Below, one piece after another: positions 13,661-27,575 of a stretch of DNA of 64,000 nt. This stretch comes from Phoronis australis (Eukaryota > Animalia > Phoronida). The notes beneath the pieces are model-generated. The model was given only the letters and a program-made list of their open reading frames with translations, did no database searches and had not been told where the DNA came from. The number at the start of each line of letters is the position of its first letter. Position 1 is the first letter of the stretch. The stretch spans positions 93,362-157,361 of the forward strand of contig NMRA01000314.1 in the NCBI GenBank assembly GCA_002633005.1. Reading direction: 5' to 3'. Position numbers and translations under genes: made by a program.

Positions 13661-16039
13661 ATTTCATCGGGTGGGGTTATCCCGGCAACAGGCATAAGAA
13701 AAAGTCGACACCTTTAGAGCAAACTAAAGAGGTCGTAAAGTTACGACGTATTTAGTGAAACAAGCCCTCGGTAACAAAACCAATTATTCCGTGTACACCA
13801 TTAGCTAACACTAGTTTACATTATCTGAGAGTCTGTCAGATTATCTCCACATCTAAGCACATTGCGGTATTTTCAGTAGAGAAAAACATTATCTCGTAAT
13901 ATCGAGCATCAAAAGCAATGCCAAGCGACTATTTCAGCTTTTGATAAATGGGTTTCATTTCTTCTCCTCCCCTTTCCTTTTAACTGTTTCTTAGCCAAAC
14001 CGGTTTGAGCAGATTCACAAACTGTCATTGGTTTCCGCGACACATTTGGCAAATCTAGATGAGCGGATTCGTGAACGTGACGTTCACGCCATCTGCTGAC
14101 TGCCGTGTGCACTTTGCAAATGTCCGTTAAGTGGCACGGGCTCAACGTATCGTAGTAAACATTTCCTTAATGATGAAGCCATGCCAAAAATCGAGTATTT
14201 AAAAAGTCCTGCTTTTTCATTATAAAAACTTTGAATGTCATTGTAAGCAATCTTTGATGACTACAATTGCATTTTATGAATTTAAATGAATCCTTCCTCG
14301 TTACATTTGTTTGTTATACTAGTGGCAGCACGATTTCGTCTATTAACATCACGTCTATTTTGAAGAGATTGTTTGCATCTTCAGAGAGTGTATTCGTACC
14401 AATCGGACACAATAAATCAACGACACCAACCGTTGAGAGAAACGTAAATACTTTTCACTGAGGAGCACGTGATTAACTGTACAGGAAAGCTTTGCGCAGG
14501 CATGGTGCAAAATAAACATCGGCAATGAAGTTGCATGCAAATTGCACGTGTTTATAATGCAAAACTGTACCGAAAGTAAACAAAGATTTAGCAGACGATC
14601 CGTCTCAGGTACATTTTGTTTCAGAACATCCAGTTCAAATACTGAAGACTTCACATGTACTTTCAAATTAAAAACGGCCTTAGCAACTGATGAGTTATGT
14701 ATATAAGACACTCTTGGCCATTTCCTGCAGTGTGTAAATTGCTGTAGCCCTCTGAAGAATTCATGCCATTAAAGTACGTCCGTTCAGGTATGAGAATAGC
14801 AACTCACTACAGACGTTGGCCAACTGAATCGAAAAGTAATACAACATGACATGCACTTGCGGTGTCAAAAAAACCGAATTAGGTCCCTCGTCACTGCAAA
14901 CTAGATCCATTTCCTTGGAATGTCAATGCCGTTATGTCGTGGAATTACCTTGCTCGTTTGTTTGCTTGTTTGCACCCTCAAAAGTGGCAACAGCTGTTTA
15001 CAAATGACTTCTACACGTGATACGGAGTTCGGTACGAGTTCGGGGCCTATTGTTTTAGGTCAATGCGGTCGCAAGATGACGCTGCGGCGTTATGGTTTAT
15101 ATTTTGCTGCGCATAGCTCCCTGCACGTGAATCTTCCACTTGTTTGCCATTTTGTTTGATTACGAGGTGTTGCGTTCAAGCTACAAATGGTTGTGCATGT
15201 TTGGAACTCGCGCACTTTCATGTTTACGTTGTTGAAATTGATGCTAAAACTAGACATTGTGTCATACGAGGGCATCAGATAGGTGTAACTCCGTGAGCAG
15301 TGCAAATCAAAAATGCTACCCGCTAGTATTGCAAAGTGAGGGGTTGCGAGCATTTCACTAAACGTCACACCCAATGAGCTGAGACATTTAAAGTACACGA
15401 GAAAGTGTTTCTATCAACTTATCAATGCATGCTGCCAAGATTCGCTTCATGAAATATTGCAAAGAAAATGAACTTTCTGCATGTAGCTACCGGTAATCAC
15501 AAGTGTGACCCGGAGTCGTAAAAGGTTACAAATTTCTTCCACAGGATTTTGAGAGGTTCTGCCATGCCCCTGAGTTGTTTTTGCTTTTAAGTTCTGGATT
15601 TTTTTTAAATTGATAGTAGTAATTTTTCGTTATTTCGCATGGGTAAAGCTGTCATTATCGATTTTCAAAGGCTGCAAGGCGTCCTTGTGAATAATAACTA
15701 AAATTCAATTTAAGACAGTTTCAGGTTACATTGCAAACCAAGGTTACAATGAAAAGCACTTTCTTAAAGTTCATTTTTGTTTGAAAAGTTTCAAAAATTT
15801 TATTTTTCATCGAATGTTGCGCGCTGCGACACCTTTCATTGCCACAATGGGAAGGCAAACGCTGACAACTGCACTTCCTATGTTAAGCCTCTCATACTGG
15901 TTCCTAGGTTAAGCCTTGAAACTTGGTCTTAAAGTTCTACTCGCAAATTATCAAGTGAAGTCAAGCCAAGCCAATTTAATTATAGTTGGTTAAAGTGAAA
16001 CAAGAAGAAACATTAGTCACAGGCTAGTGTACCGACAAA

Positions 16040-16460
16040 TAAATATCTAAGTTATAAAATAAATAAATAGGAAACTAAAACAAACATTAAACTACTATAT
16101 ACAAGATTAACAATTAGCACGATAAGAGAGATTATGTTTGGAAATCACAGGCTCTGCTATGTCTATGTGTTGGCATATTGCACAAATCGTGTCTTCAGGT
16201 GTAGGCTCGATCTCGCCTCTTCTGATAAAGAGTTCTACAAATTAGAGCCACAGACTCTGAACGACCATCGCAGACCATAGCGAGTGCTTCTGCACTCGGG
16301 AATGTTTGTCCTGTTGGATGATCTCAAATTATATGGGGTCCTGCGAATCGTGAGAAGGTCCCACAGAAATGGGGGTGACAAGTGGTTCAAAATTTTGATA
16401 GCTTCTTTTAGAATCATTCTCTGTCTACCAGAGTTTTCAAGACCAGTTGATGACATTTAC
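16040..16460 (-). mobile_element. 3' fragment of a CR1/L2-group LINE
   Basis: KILNHLSPPFLWDLL..RTPYNLRS...RSTRYGLRWSFRVCGSNL resembles the CR1/L2 ORF2 C-terminus, followed by a T/A-rich tail. Confidence 0.7.
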
Positions 16461-16573
16461 TTAAGACAATATCAATAAATGACGTCACTGTACATTACAT
16501 ATACCCAAATCGTTTGTTAGATTTTAGGCGGTTTTATTTACACGCTTTGCAGCGATGCCGGTTTGTCCCACTG

Positions 16574-16696
16574 GAGAACTGCAGTGGGGTACGTCACAGG
16601 CCCACCAATACACTTATCAAACTATGAGAGTGAGAACTGCAGTGTGGTACGTCACAGGCCCACCAACACACTTATCAAACTATGAGAGTGAGAACC
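16574..16696. repeat. Two-copy tandem duplication of about 58-59 bp
   Basis: GAGAACTGCAGTG.GGTACGTCACAGGCCCACCAA.ACACTTATCAAACTATGAGAGT occurs twice. Confidence 0.85.
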
Positions 16697-18889
16697 ATGA
16701 GCTGGGGAGACCTCGTCATTGGAAGGGTGGCAACATATATAAAGACGAAGAACTCACACTTTACTGACAACGATCACATGAATGTATTCTTAATGATACG
16801 CTATCGATTAACTCAGGCTAAAAATCAACAGCTGCCTTGCGGCGAGAAAATCTAGCCACGCGCTCTTATTGAAAACACACGGCGATTTCTCGCGTAATCT
16901 CGCGAGATCTTGCTTTTGAAACTATGTACTAGGGTTAGTGAACTCGACTCAAGTCTACACTGGGGCACCAGCCCCCGCCCTCTGTTGTTGGTTTCTAGTG
17001 ATGTATCGAGGGATCAAGAGACCTTATTTAGAATTGATACAACGGATATGGTGTAATCTATTTATCAACTAATCAACTTCAAACATTTTGCGACATCGAA
17101 TTGACGACGATCAGTGTACAAGTACCAATTAGAGTCTTTTAAGGACAGTATTGTCGGAGAACTTTAGGCAGAAGTGGGAACGTGATACATCCCAGATTTT
17201 TTGCCATCGAAGTTGTTTACATGATTGAGTGTACATCCATGTAGTTTCAGTTCAACGCAGGAGACGGGTCCGTCACGGAAAACGAACCACTGTCATGTTC
17301 GAGCTGTTTAGGTTCGTGTCGGTAAATGTTAATTTTTTTATATTCTCTTTGAATGGCTACAAGAACATGGGTTAATAAAATTATTTGATTATCACAACCC
17401 GAGTAGTTGCATCCCTTGTGAGATTGAGGATGAGAAATACACGTAGAGTTTGTTTCATACACTAATGTGAATTTGTTCAATTTTGCACCCACCGACGAAG
17501 TTATCAAAGGTGAATGGAAAACAATACATTTGCATACGATATTTAAGAGTTCTGTGGTTTTATCAATATAATTGTGTTTTCGAAGTAAAAGTCTATAACT
17601 AGTACATTTAAAACATTTGTGTGTAGCTTTTATACGAAAAATGCTTTCAACTCGTACGCAAGAAACAGTTCTAGTACATATAAATATAATAGCTCAAATC
17701 AAAGGGCTACGTTGTTGTTGGCTCCCAAAAAATAGATGATTTGTAAAATATTTGAACGCCGATACGACACCTCTCGGTGATGCAAGAGCGCCTGCCGACA
17801 CTTACTTCGTAAGCCAACCCTAGCGTTTAATTATATCTTTGGTGGATCTAGTTACGTTGTCTGCCTGTGTAACCACGTGCAATATTTTGAGACGAGAAAA
17901 ACATTACACTTTCCTTAAATAACGGGATTAAAAGCAATGCCAAGAAACCATTTCTGTTTATGGTAACTTGATTTTAATTCTTCTGCTTCTCATTCTAATG
18001 ATTTGATTCTTTGCAAAACTATTTTGAGCGAACTCAGGAAATGTATTTGATTTCCTGAATAGTTTTAATCGACCACATAAACAATGCTTAAGTTCCCAAA
18101 TATTCGCATACTCGTCTGGTAAGCGTAAGTACGTCGTTTCAGATATTGATAAAACATAGAAAATGAGAGAAACTTTATGATCGTTCGATTTCCTGAAAGA
18201 AATGGCGATTTTCTATACGACATGCAATCGCCGTCTTTTGTATCAGAAAAATAAACCGCAGCAAGTTCATTTGATGATGATCAATTTTGACCGTACCCAA
18301 CGTGTCCAGTCCGATCGAAAAACATGAGAAAGTTAACTTTTGAAACTAAATTCAAAAATCAAACGATGGCGTTTCGAAGCTTGTTCAACACCTGATGAAA
18401 TTGCAGTGTAGAAATATTGATTTTCATGACTTGCCATGTTCTCATAATATCTAACTTTGCCTGGTATTGTCAGACAATGCCTCTTAATGTTCATGTTACT
18501 AAATAGCCGCCACTGCATCGATGTTTATTCACGATAAATAGAAACCAAAGATTCTTGGTGATTCACTTTCGCATTTCTATTGTTAGATCTGCTAATTACA
18601 TGGCCGTTCGTGGTTAACGAATATTAGCGCCATGTTACTTATCACAGACGTATGAAAATGCTTGACGGCACAGCGAAACCGCGTCACTAGAATGTTATTG
18701 TATTGCTGGAAAATTTACACGCAAACAAAATAGTAGAAATGCATTCAACAGGGACAAAAGGAGGGCTCCATGCCACTAAAAATTTCCGTAACTGTGCCCT
18801 TTGCGTTTTTGCTGTTACATGGACCTCGGAAAGGTACACCCCCAATGTTGAGCGTTGTTATTGTCTTCCTTAGTGGTTTTTTGTTATGT

Positions 18890-19150
18890 TTTATTGCAAA
18901 GTCATTGAAAGAGCACTGCTGATAACAATGATTGGAGCTCTGTAGGTGAATATTTACATGTGAATTACTGTCAGAATTTAGATGTTCCTTGGTCCTGGTT
19001 TTCAAATGGCGAACAGTTTCGCCTATATAACTGGAGCCACATCCAGCGCAGATAAATTTGTATACTACCTTGGACCGTAGACCCATAGAAATTTTGTCCT
19101 TAGGGTTAAATAAACTCGACAGTTTTAGAGATGTTTTATGATGTTTTTCT
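18890..19150 (-). mobile_element. Penelope-like element fragment, GIY-YIG endonuclease domain
   Basis: SKVVYKFICAGCGSSYIGETVRHLKTRTKEHL matches the PLE motif VVY-x3-CxxC-x3-YIGET-x-R-x-L-x2-R-x2-EH; no reverse transcriptase upstream. Confidence 0.85.
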
Positions 19151-21114
19151 ATGTTCATCTTTACAGTATTGTTTTGCCAATTTCCTGCAATCCAGTTATC
19201 CTTTTTTATCTATGACAACATTCCTTCGCTTAGGCCACGGCTATAGTACATCTCGGAATATAAGCGTGCTCTGTTCCACAATCCTTAAATTGTGACAGTT
19301 TACGCAGTCTCCCAATTCGCAAGCTTTCGCATTTTTTCGTTGCGACAACGGTTTGTGGTTCGCGGCGTAGTACAAACTGTTGAAACCGACGCGATGTTGT
19401 TGTATATTCAGAAGCAAAAACTGGAAGTTTGATTTTTAAGCTTACTTCACATAATTAGCTGGAATAAATAGAAAAGGTTTAGTTTGACAGGAAATGTTGA
19501 CGACGTATAAAATTACGTTGGGTTACGATTTAGAATTTTTCCAAGAACTGGCGACAAGTTGGGCCTGAGAGTTGAAGTTGAACCTTAGTTGGCGAAACAG
19601 TGTCTCATACGTCAACACCTGAAACGAAAGGTTTTTAGAAATACGAGTGTTATGAATACACCGTGGCTGCAAGTTAATCAGTTAAAACTTAGGCAAAATA
19701 TTTAATAGAATGTCCTCTGGGCCAACAGAGTTATTTTTATTTTTACCAAGTATTGAAGGCCGAGTGCCAAATGCAGTTTCTGACCAAATTGTAATACCGG
19801 CACATTTAAAAACAGTTCTTGAAGCTTTGATGATATCTTGAAAATTTTATGGCTTTTGACCCAGCAAAACTCCGGCAATTTGCTTGTCACCTGATGACGA
19901 CTCCGGTCGCTATCACAACCCATGCATTGCCGTGTTCAGAAACTCGTCTTTCGCAGACACACACGCTTTCTACACTATATGTGTTTCGACCTCGCGAGCG
20001 AAATGATGTGAAAGGACTTGTTTACTCCGTAAGCCATCACTAGCACGTAAAATCTTACTGATATACTATTAGATTATCTCCACTACATGGAGTACTTTCA
20101 GACGAAACGGTATGACGTTAACTTGTAAAATTGAGCATCAAAAACAATGATAGACAATCATTTCTGCTAAATTGATAACTAGGCCTCATTTGTCGTGCTT
20201 CCCTAGCTCGTATAATGTATGTTTACTGAACTACACTGTATTTCTGTGAGGACTCGCCAAATGTCGTCAAGTTCCGCAAGTTGTTTAGCAGTTCTTTGGT
20301 TAGCCGACTCATGGACGAAACGGTTTCGCCACCTGGTGGCTGGGAAGGCAACTTGCGGAAAATAACAAAATCCGCCACTATGAAGTCTTACGTGTCACAG
20401 AAGTCACGCGTCTTCTGAGGTGTTTGTGCTTTTAAGGTAAAACTTTCAATTACGATGAAGTTTAGCTCAATGCTACTGTGATGCAATTGGGCGCATACAA
20501 AAACTGCTCAAGCCTGGCGCCATAGTTTAAATTGCTTTGATCACTTAAATTATATAGGCAATTGCCACAGAAGAGTCCTTTCACATTTCTGGTGCAGATG
20601 CCCAGAAGCACGAAAAGTTGGTGTGAGTGCACGAGAAATAACGTGACTTAAGTCGAATGGTCATTGTTGTCTTTGGAACTTTGTAGTCAGTGCTTACATG
20701 CTTATATCGAAAAAAAAATAAAATCAGCTGGCAAATGGGTGCATAGATGAGATTTTCATTGTCTGTTTCACTCTACTTGGATATTTTTACACCTGCGTGG
20801 TCATCAATTAATTTGCAGAACAGGACTCGCCGCTATAAGTCACGGTCGGACCCTGTGCTGCAGTCACAATAGTGTTTTGTTTACAAAAGTTGTGACTACG
20901 TATGTAAACCAGAGTGTTTCGTAGATTTAACGTATAGTTGAGAGCAAAGTTCTCCGCAGATGAAATAAAATGGCTGTGCTTATTAAACGCATTAGAAGTT
21001 TCCGAACATGTTGCTTTTCTGGGAAACACGTTTTGCGGGTGATGTTTGCATTTGACTATTCAATTCGCCTTTTCGCTTATAGCGTTGAACTCCATTGGGA
21101 TGCCTGGATATAGT

Positions 21115-21188
21115 GGTCCCGTTGGCTCAGTGGCGAGAGCGTCTATACGGTTATTAGAAGATCCTGGGTTCGAGTCCTGGTCGGGGGC
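21115..21188 (+). pseudogene. tRNA-like sequence (tRNA pseudogene or SINE head)
   Basis: A box TGGCTCAGTGG, B box GGTTCGAGTCC, D stem GCTC/GAGC; acceptor and anticodon stems mismatched; TTTT at 21196. Confidence 0.6.
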
Positions 21189-21375
21189 AGAAATCTTTTC
21201 GGACTTATATTCATTAGATCACTTGATGTGATCAAAAAGATGACGCATTGAACGGGATAAACTACTTGCAACATATTCCAAACCTCACTGAAAAAGATGA
21301 TGTTTATACACATAACGGAGATCATGGGTAAGAAGCCCATCATTAAGTCTGACTCGATTTCTGTGTCTGACCAGT

Positions 21376-21449
21376 GGTCCCGCTGGCTCAGTGACTAGAG
21401 CGTCTCCACGGTTGGCAGAAGGTTCCCTGTTCGAGTCTCAGTAGGGTTC
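21376..21449 (+). pseudogene. Second, more degenerate tRNA-like copy
   Basis: Paralogue of 21115-21188 (GGTCCCGCTGGCTCAGTG...GTTCGAGTC), followed by TTTT. Confidence 0.55.
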
Positions 21450-21500
21450 AGACACCTTTTCCCACCTATCAGAACGCAGCGAACCAGCGAGGCAAACTAA

Positions 21501-21969
21501 TACCACCGTCACACCAGAGGGTCGGTGCCACTACGGTTTTTGGTCAAAACCGCCATCACCGTAGTGACACCGCCAGAAGTGTTTCATAGTTTTCCCCTAC
21601 CCGTCACACATGTTTTTTTCTTCGCGACACGGGATAGCCGTACATGTAGGGTCTCTCTTATACGTTTCCGGTGATTGCACGGCGGTTGTACTGCGGAAGC
21701 ACGGGGGTGATGGAGGTGGTACTGCGGTCTTTGTGCGGTGCCACGGCGGACATGATTGACAATGTCACAGCGATCTCACTGCGGCCGGATTGGCCCAACC
21801 CGCGGTGGCACTGCGGAAGTTTGGAGCATGTTCAAAGTTTCCACCGTGCCACCGCGAAGGTCCGCGGTGCTACGGCGATCAATGGAGGAACCACGGCGGA
21901 ACCGCGGCGATCATGGCGGTGGCCCTGCGGTTTATGCCGTACACGCACAGCACCGGTGTGACGGGGTTA
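21501..21969. mobile_element. PIF/Harbinger (Tourist-like) MITE
   Basis: 17-bp imperfect TIRs TACCACCGTCACACCAG / CCGGTGTGACGGGGTTA, TAA TSD on both sides, and a GC-rich CACGGCGG-type interior. Confidence 0.75.
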
Positions 21970-22894
21970 TAACTAACACTAGACTCTTGGTCAATGTTGC
22001 ATCAATGGTTTGTAAAAAGGTTTTTTTTGGTCCACAAACAACGGAAATACTAGGAACCAAAATCTTGAAGACATTTGTAAAGGTCAGCTTTGACTATGCC
22101 TTATTACACTGCGGCTGAATTTTCTAGCTTCACGTAGGATTTCGCGTGATTGCGCCTGATCTTGGAACTATGGTCTGCTGTGACACTCACTATCCATGTG
22201 AGTGTCCTACTCAAACAAGACCAATGCAGTCATTTATCAATGAATTCCGAGTGTTGCGACAAAGACGTCCTTTTCCGTTCGCAGTCAAAACCGACTACCT
22301 TTTCGTTGTGACAACAAAGGCAATGCTTCAGGTATACAGTGAAATCTGATCTCGGCTACAAGCATGAAACCTGGAACATTACTATTCTAGACTATGTTCA
22401 TTTTCAAGATTCAAGTTACAAACTTGAGTCGAAATTCGAGATTTCGAGTTTAGGCTCAAACTTGTGACTTCAATGTTGGGGTCATAAAGTGCAAAATAGG
22501 ATTACAAATGATTCGTGTAAACTCAAGAACAGAATTGTAGATAATTATTTTGATTACGCTTTCATGTAGAAGAAAAATGTCGAAAATAAATTCAAGTTCG
22601 GTTTCTAGTAGACATATAGTTCCCCAGGCATTGAACTCGAACTCAAAACCGTTGAACTCTAAATTGTATTAGGCAAGGAGACTGTAGCTAGGTTTCGAGA
22701 ATAGAACGTCTAGATAGCTGACAACTCCGTGTACGGTTTCTGTGGTCTGCACTTTTGCGGCAGTTAGGCAGGTAACGATCATCAACAGTATCCACGCGAT
22801 GTGAGGAATAAGCACCATCCAGTTTTACATCAGATTTGGATCTGATCATGTTCACTAAAGAACATCACCGTGTTGAATTGTAACTTCGTATCTG

Positions 22895-23035
22895 CATGGA
22901 CGGCGCACCCTAGGGGGCTGGGGGGTTGTAGCTCCCCACTTTTTTCAGTGCTGCGCCATCCATTGTCTATGGGCGGCGCACCGCAGGTGGGCTGGGGGTA
23001 TAGCCCTCCATTTTTTCAGTTCTGCGTTGCCCATG
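22895..23035. mobile_element. Tandem dimer of a ~70-bp mini-MITE (CATGGGCGGCGCA TIR)
   Basis: Two head-to-tail units flanked by the 5-bp TSD ATCTG; a monomer lies at about 38300-38375. Confidence 0.7.
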
Positions 23036-25737
23036 ATCTGCCGGGCTTTACACAACAACTAGACCTCAAAAGGTGCTCAGAACAACCCATGCAAGAACTG
23101 ACATTTCGCCACCCCTAATTGTCCAGCCACGGTTGTCAAGCCACGGTTGTCCAGCCACAGTTGTTCAGCTCTAATTGTACACGCGTTAGAAGACATCGTC
23201 TAATCACCCTCTCTACAGTCCACCACGTGACGTACATTCATCCACGCTCTCGCTCACCCACACAATCACACAACACATGTTTCTTAATCAACTCATACTT
23301 AAATTTCCCAAATTCATTAAATGTTAGCCCACTTTAGTTTTTACTGGCTACATCTTTTACACCGTTGAAGTAATGACAAAATTCAAAAAAGCGTGCTTAT
23401 ATAATTTCTTTCCTCTACAGTAACAGAATGTCGGGTACAACCAAAATACTTTTACATATAAGAAAGTGTCTCATGTCGACCAATACACTTGTCGATAACA
23501 TCTCAGTTAAACCTAATTCAGGATTTTTTGCCACAGCATAGTCCCAAAAAGGCATTTTAATGTCTCAACTGACGTTTTTCATCAAATGTGACTGCTATCT
23601 TGTTTCGCACGCACACCGTTCCCGCACCCACGCCCGCACACGGATTGCCCGCAGAAACACCGACAAGTTGCAAATCCCTGCCAGGGATACGTACGCGTTT
23701 CGTATCACAGTTCTTTTGCTAATCAATGGAAGACAAACTGAATTCTAATGAATCATTTACAGAGGACATTTCCATACAACTGGTTATCCGCTGCGAAATC
23801 TCACACGTAGGGCATTACTGCATTAACAGTCATTCTAGTCTAATTTGGGCAGCTAATAGACAGTTTTATTGGCCTTATTGCAAGTCTTTGTTTCTAAATT
23901 AGTTTTTCCTCCTAATAAAATCCCTTCCATTTCCTCGCATATTTTAACCGCGTCAACTTTTGTGAAATCGTCTGAGCTCCTGTTCAATAACCACACACAA
24001 AAGAATGTGTATCAGAGCATTCGATATGGCGACTACTCACGTGACTTCGGCGAGTTGCCACTATCACTGCGTCCTTCGGACAGTTAAGTTGTAAATGGCC
24101 GCTATATTTCGGAAATTCACAAATCATGTCATCTGGATTCGGCAATGATGTTATGCTTAAGTATTCGCCTACTAGATTCAATTGTATTTAATAAAATTAG
24201 TTTAAATTCGGTAATTACCATAAATGTTGTTGAAGCTCATCTGGCATTCATGCAATGTGTATTTTTAAGGTTTTATTTCCGCAAACGCGAATGCTTATCC
24301 TCAAATATGGAGCATCTGAAAGGTATGAACTTTTTGTGTCATTATTCCGTTGTTGGCGCTGTACAGGGACATGCGAATGTAATATCGAAAATGACAAATC
24401 AGCGTCTTCTGTACGGTAACGGGACAGACAAGCTTAACTCAGATGCCATTTAAAAACCCAGTGAAACACCGCAAAATTGCAAATGCGCCTAAGTAAGCAC
24501 AGCATTTCTAGTTTTTCATTCATCTCGACACAATTGGTCTTCGCAGCTGATTGTCGGTTTGGGACGCCAAATTCGCTCTGAACACAGATAGGTCATAGTA
24601 ATTAACACAATTGCAGTCCCACTAGAGATGTGATTTGTCCTGTTAACTATTCTAATAACCAAAGCCAAAGGTTTTGCACACACAAATTGCAACTGTACTG
24701 ATCTATATTTTGACTTTGCAATTTCATTGGTGTTCATTTATGACCACTTTAAAACTAATTCTCATGGAGTGAACTGTCACACTTCCAGTGGCGGTTTAGT
24801 AAGTTCTCGCCTGTGTAAACGCTTGTTTTGAATCCCGGCTGCGTCTTTCATTATTGATGTCGTCGCCACGTTAATGTTTATTGATTATTAAACAGACAGA
24901 AAACGATCTCTTTCGGTTTGGGTCGCTTAAATTGCCTCCGAAACAGCGGTACATATAGACAAAACGACAGGTTGTCAAGGATTTCCGCAATCAAAAATGC
25001 AGTATGAATAGTACAACACCCGTAAGCGTAAACGACTGATAAAACAGAGTGTCGTAATGAAGCGATTTTAGATATCCCATGTTCTAATGTTTCGTGCACG
25101 TGCGTTTCTGTGCGTCTAGAATGCGAAGCATACAGGGTGTTAGAACGCACAATGAAACTGCCGGAGACTTTGCGGTTATCTATTTTATTACTAAGGGCTC
25201 CCGGCCCTTTATTTTAGCATATATGGAAGTTAAAGGGACAGTTTGGATGTCAATGTTGAATTATTAATCGGAGCCTTATGGGATTTAAAAACATTAACGC
25301 ACATATCCAATCTTGAAATTGCTGCTAGTGCTAAGTGAGCCGGTAACTCGAGTCTCAAACAATGCATAAAAGCGCAATTTTAGGGTTGGCTAACCGCAGT
25401 AAACTCATTACTTTTGTTCCTGAGTAACTGATGGCTCCGATACTCTTTTGGTAGCGAAAAATAAATCCTGTCATGGTAAGGAAAACTATGGGACCGATTT
25501 CATGACCTTGCATGGCCTAATTCACGTCTCGCTTTTTGACTGCTAAAACAAACACGTTTCTGCTGATGCTCTGCGGAAATGTGTGCCACTGCACTTGCAT
25601 CGCTATAGAGGTTCGTGAACGTTTCCTTCATTAGGCTTATTATTTTTCTGTTGTAAACGCACAAGTAATAGTAAAAACGCTTTATTGACGATCCTGCTTG
25701 CTTTCATTCGAGCGCAGGTGGAATGTGTAGTATCAAA

Positions 25738-26050
25738 TGACGTCAGGCCAATGAGCCAATCAGCACTGGGCTTACCACCGGAAGTATTTTGCCTTGATTA
25801 AGATCTAGCCTTTGCGGAGGTGAAATTTACATTCAACAATTAACCGTGTATAGTCAATAAAACAAATTGCTTAAGTCAATAGAAAGTGGAAAGAAATTCT
25901 CATTTGACGTTAATTTGCAGTTAAACAGTTACTTGAATAATTGGTCCAATCAGCGAGATTTCGTCGAGCACAATAGAAATCGTTTTACGTCAGCCGGAAA
26001 GCGACGCTAAAGTCCTGCTATATATCTGCTTTATAAGGTTTATATTTCCA
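25738..26050 (+). promoter_or_regulatory. Putative promoter of the CCK/sulfakinin gene
   Basis: Perfect CRE TGACGTCA 25738-25745; CCAAT at 25748, 25756 and 25946; CRE-like TTACGTCA 25985-25992; TATATAT 26019-26025; Inr-like TCCATTT about 30 nt downstream. Confidence 0.6.
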
Positions 26051-26092
26051 TTTGCTGGTTCTGCCAAGTCGTCGAACAATCGCCAATATCAG
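26050..26092 (+). other. Putative non-coding exon 1 of the CCK/sulfakinin gene (intron 26093-30489)
   Basis: Donor CAG|GTTAGT at 26092/26093. Acceptor TTTCAG| at 30489 with a branch-like CAATAAC at 30471. No ATG between 30490 and the start codon at 30600. Confidence 0.55.
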
Positions 26093-27271
26093 GTTAGTTA
26101 ATTTTAAGCTTCCGTTTACAACAACATTGGACTTATTCAGGATCAATCCTGTAGCCTAATTTTAACACATAAAATGAATATTTAAGACGTGTCTGGTTTT
26201 ACGTCTTGGAAACTTTGTGAAAGAAACTTTATAATTTTTGTAGAATTTGCATGCAGTCGTTAGCAATCTCATGGGTAGAAAAGGGCATTAAGTCATATAC
26301 GTCCATTTCTGCTATTGTTTTCCTACCGAATACTAAGTGAACACGCCTGTAGTTGTCTGTTGTACCACGAACAGCAATTGTTACCTGTCATAATATTAAG
26401 ACCGGTTTAATTGCTGAGATTGCATTCTACACGGACTACGGCTAGACTGGGGTGATTGTATGTCCTTGCCTCGTTAGTCAAATGTAACTTTTGACATCAT
26501 AATACAGTATGAGACGCATAAGATAACAAAACGTTTATAAAAATTCATAAAATAATACGTTGTAGGTGTTATGGAGTTAAATGTCGTTTAATAACTTGAG
26601 TCTGTACTGTGGCGATATAGATAGTTTGGCACTATTAGTGATACAATACAAAAAGCAATAAAAGTAAAAACCAAGCAGTAAAAAAGTTTGAGCCTATTTC
26701 GACCACTGCTCTATTGCGTGACACTGTATTGGTACATGAATGTCATTCTTTTGTTTTGTTTTTCTTGTACGCTCCAATAAATGAGCAAAAATGAAAGAAA
26801 ACTTTTTGATTTTGAGCCAAGGCAGCTTGTAGGCCACATAACACACGGTGACATCATTTTTTGGAAAAATTGATGTTTCACTATTTGCACGTGAAAACAT
26901 CTGCTCTTGATAGGTCCGTAGATAGTTTAGGAAACTTCGTTAAGCCAAAGTGGCAAACTCTCAGGCGGAACCGGAATATTAACATACGTCTCGCCTATAA
27001 ATTTCAGTACGTGGTTGCCACAATTTGTGCAAAAATTTTCAGTGACACTAATCCCCGTGGTGTATTTCTTTGAAATACTGGTTTCACAAAAAGGGTGTTG
27101 TGTTTTTCTAGAACAACGTCTGCCCTGCTGTTCGTTTATTCTAAATTTGTGACGTCATGTCCTTATTTTTCAAAATGGTTTCAGAAAATAATGACATGTA
27201 CGCATAAAACAGTAAATTTTCCAGAACACGATGGTAGGCTAATGTCTGAACAGCATGCTCTCGTGCCTAGC

Positions 27272-27575
27272 CAGTGGCGGATTTAGAGGGGGGCCAAGGG
27301 GGCCATGGCCCCCTAAAATTCTCCCAGATTGCATTTGGCTGTTCGGAGGTGCGAACGTCTGACGGGCAAAATCTAGGCGTGCGTTCAATAGAAGATAGGA
27401 CCTAGCTAAAACCTAGTTAAAGTCACGTGTTCTCATTTATAATGCACGGCAATATCTCACGTAATCTCGCGAAGTCTTGCTTTTTAGCGAGGTCTTAGCG
27501 TTACTGAACGGGAGGCAGGCTAATACTCTGTCTTGCCCCCCCCCCCCAAACTCAAATATTCTGGATCTGCCCCTG
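27272..27575. mobile_element. Same MITE family, carrying a nested CTAGGACCT-family MITE
   Basis: CAGTGGCGGAT...ATCTGCCCCTG; TSD CTAGC/TTAGC; an uninterrupted related copy lies at about 34925-35065. Confidence 0.8.
27376..27518. mobile_element. CTAGGACCT-family MITE copy (inverted, nested)
   Basis: Reverse complement of the 1521-1677 family, lying inside the 27272-27575 element. Confidence 0.8.

Noticed and set aside
21671-22118. Three overlapping GC-rich ORFs
   Set aside because: They lie mostly within the Harbinger-like MITE 21501-21969; a by-product of GC-rich sequence.
1-25700. Additional protein-coding genes in the first 25 kb
   Set aside because: Isolated donor-like sites (for example 951, 6396) but no coherent exon chain or recognisable protein apart from retroelement fragments; small divergent exons cannot be excluded by eye.
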